NCBI GenBank assembly: GCA_951406725.2
Contig: OX597827.1
Coordinates: forward strand, 81,530,001-81,594,000
Source: Octopus vulgaris
Lineage: Eukaryota
Length of the DNA stretch: 64,000 bases
Direction: 5' to 3'
The notes under the pieces were generated by a model, which saw only the letters and a program-made list of their open reading frames with translations, had not been told where the DNA came from and searched no databases. The position numbers and the translations under genes were made by a program. Below are positions 53,691 to 64,000 of this stretch, in pieces; position 1 is the first letter of the stretch; each line of letters starts with the position of its first letter.

Positions 53691-53750
53691 CTGTATGTCT
53701 GTATGTATATGTATATATATATATATATATATGCAAACACACACACACAC

Positions 53751-53792
<42 letters not shown>

Positions 53793-54094
53793 TTTATATA
53801 TATTATTTTGGGGTGGAAAGAGGTTACTCTTTCTCAGGGATGTATTTCATCCAAGTATACACTGGTTTGGCTCCATATCAATGACTTTTCCTGAAATTTC
53901 CTAGCATATGTGCTGCCTCTTTTAGTTTTCATATTTTCCAGTGATGTTCTCTGATGTAAATAATGTCCTAGGCTTACAAAGAATAAGTCTTGGGGGTCGA
54001 TTTGCTCAACTAAAGGTTGTGCTCCAGCATGGCCACAGTCAAATGACTGAAACAAGTAAAGGAAAAAAAGAATGTGTGTTTATGTATGTATTTA

Positions 54095-54290
54095 TTCTTT
54101 TTATTCTTTTACTTGTTTCAGTCATTTGACTGCGGCCATGCTGGAGCACCGCCTTTAGTGGAGCAAATCGACCCCGGGACTTATTCTTTGTAAGCCCAGT
54201 ACTTATTCTATCGGTCTCTTTTGCCGAACCGCTAAGTGACGGGGACGTAAACACACCAGCATCGGTTGTCAAGCAATGCTAGGGGGACAA

Positions 54291-54321
<31 letters not shown>

Positions 54322-54490
54322 CATATATACGACAGGCTTCTTTCAGTTTCCGTCTACCAAATCCACTCACAAGGCATTGGTCGGCCCGGGGCTATAGCAG
54401 AAGACACTTGCCCAAGATGCCACGCAGTGGGACTGAACCCGGAACCATGTGGTTGGTTAGCAAGCTACTTACCACACAGCCACTCCTGTG
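54095..54490 (-). mobile_element. SINE family A, young full-length copy, tail-to-tail with a + strand 3' fragment (~53965-54070)
   Basis: Near-consensus sequence with an adjacent inverted tail. Confidence 0.85.
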
Positions 54491-54491
54491 C

Positions 54492-54535
<44 letters not shown>

Positions 54536-54889
54536 TTAGAGAGAGAGAGAGAAAGAGAGAAAAGAGACAGGTACCTTTACATACAGACGTGTGTATGATC
54601 TGGTTATTCAGTTAATAAATCATGATTATACAGAGTTATGCACCTTGTTCAAAGACAGCTTAGTGACAGCTGAAGCAAGCCTCGGTGTGTGTGTGTGTGT
54701 GTGTGTGTGTGTCTGTCTGTGTGGTGTGCGTGTGTGTATGAATGCGAATGAATGTGCATATCTATATATGCATACATATATTTATACATTTTGCTATATC
54801 TATATATATATACAAATATCTTCTACTTGTTTCATTCCTTAGACTGCGACCATGCTGGGGCACCGCATTGAAGAATTTTTAGTCAAATG

Positions 54890-55373
54890 AATTGACAACC
54901 GCAATAATTAACTTTTCAGCCTGACATTTATTTTATCAATTTCTTTTGACAAACCACTACATTATAAGGGCTGAACACACCAATACTAATTGTCAAGCAG
55001 CGTTGGGGGACAAATACAGATACAAAGACAGGCACACACACACACACAGAGTTTGAAATTTCGTTCCCAAGCTCATGGTTCAAGGTTCAATTCCAATGCG
55101 TGGCACCTTATAGACAGAGAACATCACTGGAAAATATGAAAACTAAAAGAGGCAGCACATATGCTAGGACATAATAACCTACTAAGCAGACCGAGTGCAG
55201 ATATGAGCAGCATATGGTAACTGGTATTAAGGAAGAGTAGAAAAATATTAGATTTATATGCCCTAAAATTCACTCCATATTGATGTGTTCAGCCCTTATA
55301 ATGTAGTGGTTTGTCAAAAGAAATTGATAAAATAAATGTCAGTCTGAAAAGTTAATTATTGGGGTTGTCAATT
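54890..55373. repeat. Local inverted duplication (arms 54890-54985 and 55278-55373)
   Basis: ~96-bp arms with about 3 mismatches that share mutations private to this diverged SINE copy. Confidence 0.85.
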
Positions 55374-55399
55374 GTATTTCTGTTCAGCATCACAACAAT

Positions 55400-55780
55400 C
55401 TTTCCTGGCAAGTCGAACTGCTGCAGTCTCCCAAATTACATTGTTTTTATTTCTAGAGCGTTTGTACAGTAGTGATGCTTCACATGCAGTCCAGATTGCA
55501 CTGAGGATATTTTGAAAAACAGTATTGATATCCCCTGGATTGTAAAATTCAAACCAGTTTAGGTGTCGTAAACCCTTACGGTAACAGTTCTAGTCAAAGC
55601 GAGTGGTTTGAAGGTGGTGGTGCTTCTTGTTTCTGCCTACAAGAGACAGAATGGCAATGATCATAGCATGATTGAGTCACTTAGAGGTTCCTGTGTCACA
55701 ACACTGATAACAGTTCTAGGAATGGTGGTAAAGAGCAGGTCCAAAGTGTTATTACCAACGGAAAGTTTTCCCTTCAATTT
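55400..55780 (-). mobile_element. Old LINE endonuclease remnant
   Basis: - strand GNNTLDLLFTTIP...EPLSDS resembles the APE C-terminal LDL.F...SDH motif. Confidence 0.45.
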
Positions 55781-55884
55781 CAGGGTAGCTGAAGCCACCA
55801 GTAATGAAAATATATGTGGCTGTTATATATATAAAACATCTAGCATTGTAGGTTTTCTAAAACCAGCTGGGCAGTAAGAATAGG

Positions 55885-56290
55885 CACAGACGTGGCTGTG
55901 TAGTAAGAAGCTTGCTTCTCAACCACATGGTTCCTGGTTCAGTCCCACTGCACGACACCTTGGGCAAGTGTCTTCTACTATAGCCTCAGGCTGACTAAAA
56001 CCTTGTGAGTGGATTTGATAAACAGAAACTGAAAGAAGCAGGCGAGCTGGCAGAATCGTTAGCATGCCGGGCGAAATGCTTAGCAGTATTTCTTCTACTG
56101 CTACATTCTGAGTTCAGATTTCACTGAGGTCGACTTTGCCTTTCATCCTTTCAGGGTCAATTAAATAAGTACCAGTTACTCACTGGGGTCGATATAATTG
56201 ATTTAATCCATTTGTCTGTCCTTGTTTGTCCACTCTGAGTGTAGCCCCTTGTGGACAGTAAAGAAATAAGAAACTGAAAGAAGCCTATCA
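55885..56290 (+). mobile_element. Family A SINE head with a nested full family B SINE (~56040-56270)
   Basis: The nested element is flanked by direct repeat gaaactgaaagaagc. Confidence 0.8.
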
Positions 56291-56309
56291 TATATAAATA
56301 TATATATAA

Positions 56310-56920
56310 CCATCATCATCGCTTTATGTCCGCTTTCCATGCTGGCATGGGTTGGATGGTTTGACTGAGGACTGGTGAACCAGAGGCTGCACCAGGTTCA
56401 ACCTGATCTGGCAACGTTTCTACAGCTGGATACCCTTCCTAATGCCAACCACTCTATGAGTGTAGTGGGTGCTTTTACCTACCACCGGTATGTGGGCCAG
56501 TCAGGTGGTTCTGGCAACGACCACGCTCAAAAGGTGTTTATACGTGCCACTAGAACATGTGCCAGTAAATCAATGCTGGCAATGATCATGCTCAAATGGT
56601 ACTTTACACGTGTCACCAGCATGGGAGCAAATCCGTGGCCCTGGCAATGATCACGCTTGGATATGCTTTTAACGCTCCACTGGTATGAGTGCCAATCAGG
56701 CAGTACTGTCATCGGCCACGTCAGCGATTTTGATTTGTTTAGACTTGCCTCAATAGGTCTTTGCAAACAAAATTCATTGTCCAATGAATGAGGGGTACCC
56801 AAAAGTGGGCCGGTTACACCCCACGTTCAGATGTGCTTTTAACGTTGCACTGGCATGAGTGCCAATCAGGCGGTACTGTTATCGACCCTTCAGCAATTTT
56901 TATTTTGATTTCACTTGCAT
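56310..56920 (-). mobile_element. RTE LINE 3'-UTR fragment with internal subrepeats
   Basis: (CAT)n tail at ~56311 and the tctacagctggatacccttcctaatgccaacc motif. Confidence 0.7.
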
Positions 56921-57195
56921 CGGAAATTTCCAGCAAGTCCTTCGAACTTTCCAGGAAATCCTCAGAATATTACAGGAAGTCCCATCCTCAGGACTTTCCA
57001 GGAAATCTCTCATCCTTGAATTTTCCAGGAAGTCTCATCCTCAGAACTTTCCTGGAAGTGTCATCCTCGGAAATTTCCAGCAAGTATCTCAACATTGGAA
57101 CTTACCAGGAAATCCTCGGAATTTTCCACGAAGACTTATCCTCGGAATTTTCCAGAAAATCTCATCCTCGGAACTTTCCAGAAAGTCATTCATCC
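56921..57195. repeat. Tandem array of 11 units of ~21-28 bp, consensus GGAAHTTTCCAGGAAGTCTCATCCTC
   Basis: Directly visible. Units carry kB-like and TTC-N3-GAA motifs. Confidence 0.85.
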
Positions 57196-58910
57196 TTATT
57201 GACATTCCCATCAGAAGCCCAGCCAGTATTGCAAACACTGACGCCCAGACCACATTCAGAAAAGAACCATCCAACTGACACGCATAAATTCACTACCAGA
57301 CAAATACCAACCTTTGGGCCATAGAGACATTGTCACCTTTCTCTGCTCCTTGGAACTGGTTCAGCTCATGCTACCTTTATTCCCGATTCATTTGTCTCCC
57401 CATTTATTGTTTCCAATCCCATGTCCTTTTCTTTCCAGAACACTGGTCCTCTGGAACTCTTCTCCATAGTAAATGAATTTACAAGGCTTTAAGGGGAACA
57501 GCAACAATTTACTATCCACAAAGCTATAAAGACGTACCATGTGTGAAATACAGACAACCTGAGCATAGATAGACTGTGTGGGAGATATAGGGAGCAAATA
57601 GATGTAAAATGGGATGATGGTGGAAGTGCAGTCCCCATATCTGTAAATAAGTATAGTGAGGAAGTAGGGACCACATAGCTATAAACTGGAAACCATGTAA
57701 GAGGAGTAACCCACCTGATTGTAAATAGGGATGAAGTAATGCTGATGTTGGCAGCATCACTACAAAAGGGCAGTGTGTTAGTTTAAACTGCATCTCATTC
57801 TACCATATGGAGATGTTGCGGCTTCTATGCTTCTAAATTACTCTAAATATACAATCCTTATGAAGGACCTCTCCAACTTTGTGAAGTTGATAGCAAAATA
57901 CGGCACCAAACTTGATTCTCTATAAATGGAAAATATAAGTATTTACTAAGTTGTTTTAAAACTTGTCTTCTTTTTGTGATTCTTTACAAGAATTCAACAA
58001 AATCCCTGCTTAAATTCTTTAATAATTGTTCTTTTCTATTTCAGCTTCCAAAATGGTTACCAAAACGTTAAAGATTCCACAATCTTCACCTATTCTAACA
58101 TATCGGATATTGATGGTGAATTTAGAGCAATTGTCTATTATCTGTGTTTTATATTCCTTGCAATATAGAATTGTATATTGTGTGAGTTATTATAGTTTAT
58201 TACCTTTTTCTATTGTATATTGTGTAATAATTAATTGCTAATTACCATTGTCTATTGTGTTTGTTAACATATCTTGACCGCAATCTACCATTGTATAGTA
58301 GTGATATTGTGGATTTGCACACATACGTTTATATGAATTTGTGGTGTGTGTTTGTGCGTGTGTGTGCATGTGTATATATATTTACATATATGTATGTATA
58401 TATGTATGTACATACATACACACACACAGAATAAAATTGCTAAGCAGTGATGTGTATAAACACAAACTTATTACCGTCGTAAATATGCTTAAGTCCTATG
58501 TGAACCTTTAAGAAAGCTATTCCCTGTATTTTGTCTTAGAGAAAATTTCTCCCTGTCGACCGGTCGGTGTAAAGACACCAAGTCAGTTTGCAGTGCCTCC
58601 TAAACAAACTCATGAATGCATTCATTTTGGAGTGGATATCTCTTTTTCTATGGCAAAAAGTTTCCTACAGGTTTCCAAACATGCCTCAAACATATTTGGA
58701 CAGGTAACAAGTTTGTTTTTACACACATCACTGATTAGTGTTTTTATTCTCTATTTTGTTAATGATGAACCATCAATTAGTGCAATCAGTCTGAGTTCTA
58801 TGACAAGATTATAATAAGATGGACATGTCTGTCTTGCCAATCTGCAACGTCTACCTTTCCATTTGATAAAACCCCTCCAAAATGCATGCATCCAATAGTC
58901 TGCTTAGGGA

Positions 58911-59334
58911 CAGGGCTGGATGAAGACCCATTGAGGCCCTAAGCACTTAAAAGATTTTGGTGCCCCCATAAAAGATTTTGTAATTCAAAATATAAACAAC
59001 AACAAACCATAACATTTTTTTTTTCAAAATGAAACAAAACAGTAAGAGGGAAAATAACGTTTATTTTTGTCTCCTTCCACTTTATTTAGATTTGAAAAGT
59101 TTCCTCCTACTTTTTTTTGAATTGCAAAGTATTTGATCAGATCCTCAAAATTAATCTTAGGTTAACACATCTGCATCTATACTTAGTAGAGATAAAGGCA
59201 TCCCAAATATTATTTTAGCAAGTTTAAAGGGATTTCTTTTGTGCTGTAAACCATTTACCATTTGTGTGGTGCCCCTTCCTTTCCTTGTTGCCCTAAGCAT
59301 GTGCTTATTTTGGTTAATGGTTAATCCAGCACTG
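58911..59334 (-). mobile_element. Non-autonomous hAT element
   Basis: Ends cagggctgga and tccagcactg. Degenerate 8-bp TSD cttaggga/gttagggg. - strand remnant LSLLSIDADVL..INFEDLIKYFAIQK resembles the hAT dimerisation domain. Confidence 0.75.
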
Positions 59335-59487
59335 GTTAGGGGTCACAGTGAACTAAGTGTGTTTATACCTAACTGTATACAGGGAAAAATTTTCTTCATG
59401 ACAAAATACAGTGGTTTTCTTACAAGTTCGAAAATGCCACAAGTATATTTTAACTGGTAACAAGTTTGTAAATATATATATATATTC

Positions 59488-59945
59488 GTCATCATCATCA
59501 TCGTTTAGCGTCCGCTTTCCATGCTAGCATGGGTTGGACAGTTCAACTGGGGTCTGGGAAGCCAGAAGGCTGCACCAGGCCCAGTCTGATCTGGCAATGT
59601 TTCTATGGCGGGATGCCCTTCCTAACGCCAACCACTCCATGAGTGTTGTGGGTGCCTTTTACGTGCCACCGGCACGGAGGCCAGTCGGGGCGGCACTGGC
59701 AATGGCCACATTCGGATGGTTCTCTTACATACCACCGGCACTGGTATCACAGCTACAATTTCCATTGATGTTGATCGATTTCGATTTTCACTTGCCTCAA
59801 CAGGTCTTTGCAAGTAGAGTTTTGTGTCCCAAGAAGGAAAAAGTGGACTGGCTACATCCCATTAGAGGCCACGGGTTATGGTCTCACTTGTCCTGCCAGG
59901 TCTTCTCACGCACAGTATATTTCCAAAGGTCTCGGTCTCTAGTCA
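59488..59945 (-). mobile_element. RTE LINE 3' fragment
   Basis: (CAT)n tail, family motif and an ORF-end remnant near 59900-59945. Confidence 0.75.
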
Positions 59946-60895
59946 TCATATATATATATATATATATATATACATACATACATGATGGCTGCCCTCTCGT
60001 TATCAAATATGGCCATTGCATGAGGCTTAACTGTTATTGGTGCTGTGATCAAATGTGAATTTTATTTGCTTTTTAAGGCTACAGCCAGCCATTCAGTTGA
60101 GACTCACAGCACCATCAACAATCATGAACAATGTTGTTATCGTGCAATGCCTGTGCAGGAAGATTTTTTTAAAGTGAGCAAAGGCTGTGCACTGAGTCAA
60201 TCCCACTCACAAAGCAACAGCAGCCATAATCTGAAAAGAAGAACAAGTCAACATCATTGGTAACCACTGAGCCGCAGGTTTTATGTCGGAGTTATCCCAG
60301 TTACCTTCTCCTAGAAGGATGCCCTAACAAGGGCCAGGAGTCCTTCACTTCCAATGGTTTAACCGCGCGATCGGGTATTCAGTCCGATTATTTCTATGTC
60401 CCCGCACATGACATAGCCTTAAGCCTTAAGAAGAAAAAAAATTACACATTTATTGGATGGCCGTTGACTCCCAAGAGTCATTAACTAACTAACTAACTAA
60501 GAGTTCCTCCGCCCTTTGACGAGTTTTGTTTTTCATCCTGCAGGGTGTCCAATAGACACCCTCCTCACCAAGCAAGCTTGGTGGGGTTGCCGGTTTAGTC
60601 GCCGATGGCCCGACCATGCAACAGGTTGTACTGGGTTACATGTTACCAGTAGCACTCGAAAGTGACCTGACATATATATATATATATATATACAAAATTA
60701 GAAAATGTTTCTCCATTTTCTAATTTTGTAGTATTAATTTACGGTAATATTATTACCTTTGCCCATATAATACAATAGATGAACTAATTGCTTGGCAATT
60801 TTTAACATCTATGTATTAGTCTTGTTGGGTACCTATCTAGCAGTATATTGGATATATGTTATCCCATGGTGGGTTGAATTTTTCAACCCCTATCT

Positions 60896-60942
<47 letters not shown>

Positions 60943-61392
60943 CATACATACATACATGTATGCGTATGTACTCACAATTCAACTTCTCTGGATGACATTA
61001 AGACACCTAGCCGCAATAGGGGCCTTAACTCCCACATTGTAGCGCTCCATGACTGCCATTTTTCAGGAGCAAAATCCTTTTAACAGGTTCTATAAGACTG
61101 GAATTTTGGAATCTGCACATAAAATCAGTAGTATGGGATACATGTGTCATGATTAGAATTTCTTTAGGGTGTGTAAAGAGGGAAAGAACCCTCATCTGCA
61201 ATTTTTATGAAATTTGAATCATAAGTATTCCAGTTCATTACAGAAAATATAAAGAAAAGTCTAATTCTTCAATTGCATGTCGGGTATCACTGCTAGTATA
61301 TATATATAAAACTAAAGAAAAAGGAGTCCTTAAATTTATATTAAATTACAATTGTTTCGTCTGAAACTGATTTCATAATAATTGCTATTATA

Positions 61393-61935
61393 TCATCATC
61401 ATCATCATTTAACGTCCGCTTTCCATACTACCATGGATGATTTGACTGAGGTCTGGCGAACCAGACTCCAATCTGATCTGGCAAAGTTTCTACAGCTGGA
61501 TGCCCTTCCTAACACCAACCACTCCGAGAGTGTAGTGGGTGCATTCATCTATACCTAGTTTCCTCATTGACCACCAGATAAGGGATCAGGGGACCCTGTT
61601 GAAGGCTTTCTCCATGTCAACGAAAGCCAGGTACATGGGTTTATCTTTGGCTAGGTATTTCTCCTGCAGCTGTCTAACCAGGAATATAGCATCAGTGGTG
61701 CTTTTCCCTGGCACGAAACCAAACTGTATCTCATCCAAACTGACTCTTTCCCTAATTAGTTGGGCTATGACCCTCTCCGTGACCTTCATTACCTGATCCA
61801 AGAACTTGATACCTCTGTCATTATTTGTATCTAAAGCGTCACCTTTTCCTTTGTAGCAGTTGACTATAGTGCTGCTACACCAGTCATTGGGTATGGCTCC
61901 TTCGTGTATCACCTGGTTAACTATACTGGTGACCA
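61393..61935 (-). pseudogene. RTE LINE fragment: RT N-terminal region joined directly to the 3' UTR (internal deletion)
   Basis: ORF 61586-61912 IPNDWCSSTIVNCYKGKGD...QFGFVPGKSTTDAIF...AFVDMEKAF, then the (GAT)n-tailed repeat from ~61540. Confidence 0.88.
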
Positions 61936-62157
61936 GGCTAATTAGGGCTAAGTCTCCTTGTCAAGTATTGAATATATATACATATAGCATGTGTTGAATA
62001 TATATACATATAGCATCTGTGTTGTTTCTTGTATGCTGATTAAACTCATGTAGAATTACCAGTCAAAGATTTCTTGACCGTTAGCATCATCATGCACCAA
62101 CAGTCATATGTTGGTTTGTTTGTCATGGTCAAGTTTGAGCCATAAAGTTTTTATAGT

Positions 62158-62407
62158 ATCATCATCATCATCATCATCGTTTAGCGTCCGCTTTCCATGC
62201 TGGCATGGGTTGGACAGTTCAAATGGGGTCTGGGAAGCCAGAAGGCTGCACCAGGCCCAGTCCGATCTGGCAATGTTTCTACAGCTGGATGCCCTTCCTA
62301 ACGCCAACCACTCCGTGAGTGTAGTGGGTGCTTTTTACGTGCCAGACAAGGCTGGCAAATGGCCACGATCAGATGGTGCTTTTTACGTGCCATTGGCACG
62401 GAGGCTG

Positions 62408-62408
<1 letters not shown>
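62158..62408 (-). mobile_element. RTE LINE 3'-UTR fragment
   Basis: Highly similar to 59488-59680. Confidence 0.75.
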
Positions 62409-62447
<39 letters not shown>

Positions 62448-63098
62448 CTTACACACATTATTTAAAGCAGTTTGACTCAGTTCCATGTGACTTAATAATA
62501 TATGTAACTCCTACTAAGTGCATTGAGTGCCTTTTCCTTTCATTTGCCCTCTTACTCATATATGTGTGTGTGTTTATATATGTATATATATGTTAAGTAA
62601 CAAAGTTAATATCTGGTCATAGAGTGACCAATGGTTTCACATCCATGAAAGCTGTAGTTTCTTGGACAACTCATCAGGCCTGAGGCCAAATACAAACTTA
62701 ACTCTTCACAAACTTATAAGCGCTGTGTGTTTTGGTAATCTATATAAAATAAAGGAATTTAGGAACTCAGGAAAGTTGTGGGGAGAGCTTAGAGAATTGA
62801 GAAAATAACCTTTAGAAAATAAGAAAAGTGACCAGCAAGCCTCCATATACACATATGTATGGATGAGTGTATGTATTGACTCTTCTAGATAATACTGTGT
62901 AACTCTGAGTTTCATGAGAATGAATTCATGAAGCAATCATCAGATTAATATACTTCAACCAATAATTTTGGAATATTTAAAACACCATAAAAAGATTACA
63001 TCAAATGCATGCAGGGATGGAAACTTGATAAGCACAACTGATATAAGAAAATTAGTTGTCTCCCTTTAGCTGTTGAAGAATTAAACACACACACACAC

Positions 63099-63137
<39 letters not shown>

Positions 63138-64000
63138 TATATATATAACCATATGTATGTATGATAGGTTTAAGCTGATACAGTAGGGGGAGGAAAATTA
63201 GAAATGAATATAATATGAATAAAAATGGAAATTGAAGAATCTATAATGTGGATGGAATGAGTAGAAGTGGAAGTGTTGCATAGAGTGTGTAGTGGGTTAT
63301 CCAAGGGGTAGATTCTATTAAATACTAAAACCTATTTGAACAGGTTTGACCCAGGGTTAAATAGCAGAATAGTGTGGCACTGTGCAATGAAGTCGAGAAT
63401 GGTCTGGTGTGGTTTAATGTAATATAGTGTGTTGTGGTCTGGTGTGGTGTTGGATTGTGTAGAGCTATGTGGTGGGGGTGTTCGGTGAATTGATTTAGTG
63501 TAATGTAGTATGGTATACAGTATAGTGCTGTAAAATGTGGTGTGGTAGGTCAGGATGTAGTACTGTGTAGTGTTGTGTGATGTGGTGTAACAAGACATTC
63601 TGTTCTCTCACTCTCTCTCCCACTTTCTTTCTCTCTCCATGTCTTGAAGAATTCTCAGTAAGACAGAGATGATAATAACATTGGCTGTAGGAAGCACCGA
63701 TAATATCGAATGTTGGCGGTGGCAGTGGTGGGGGAATGGGTGAGGTAAGGAGGAGGAGGAGACACACTCACACAATGGCTGCACTGGATAAATTCTTCAT
63801 AAACACTCATCCTGCCATTCATCTCTCTCTCTCTCTCTCCTATTTTTATGTCATTTCTTTCTTCTTTTCTCTATCACTCTCTTTCTTCCCCACTCTCTCT
63901 ACTTCTCTTCTGCTGCACCTGCCATTCTTTCTCTCTCTCTCTCTCTCTCTTTCCCTCCCTCCCTCCCTCCCCCTCAATGTCCTCTGTCTGTGTGTCCTAC

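Noticed and set aside
56788-57324. 178-aa and 139-aa ORFs
   Set aside because: They arise from the tandem array and flanking LINE debris, with no recognisable domain.
60480-60670. GC-richer segment next to (TAAC)n, possibly a retroelement 3' end
   Set aside because: Single copy in this window with no diagnostic motif, so it could not be classified.

Overview
AT-rich, microsatellite- and transposon-dense animal genomic DNA. The protein family and repeat content point to an octopus (coleoid cephalopod); that assignment is inference. Only one convincing host coding region is present: a single large + strand exon (~46638-49169) encoding a protocadherin with a signal peptide, 6 cadherin (EC) repeats, a transmembrane helix and a cytoplasmic tail. 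It has a good splice acceptor upstream and a perfect phase-0 CAG|GTAAGT donor at its end, so much of the window is probably intronic or flanking sequence of this gene. The rest is decayed mobile DNA (two mariner remnants, three deleted DD37D/maT elements, hAT MITEs, a non-autonomous Helitron, CR1, RTE, R4/Dong and Penelope-like remnants with hammerhead-like cores, two abundant tRNA-type SINE families) and long (TA)n/(CA)n tracts that create spurious 'YIYI' ORFs. The most notable observations are a calcium-motif-free EC3-EC4 junction, a cluster of five uAUGs overlapping the Pcdh start, an 11-unit NF-kB/STAT-like tandem array, several near-perfect local inverted duplications, and a SINE tail shared with a CR1 LINE. 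All calls were made by eye and repeat boundaries are approximate unless a TSD or TIR is given.
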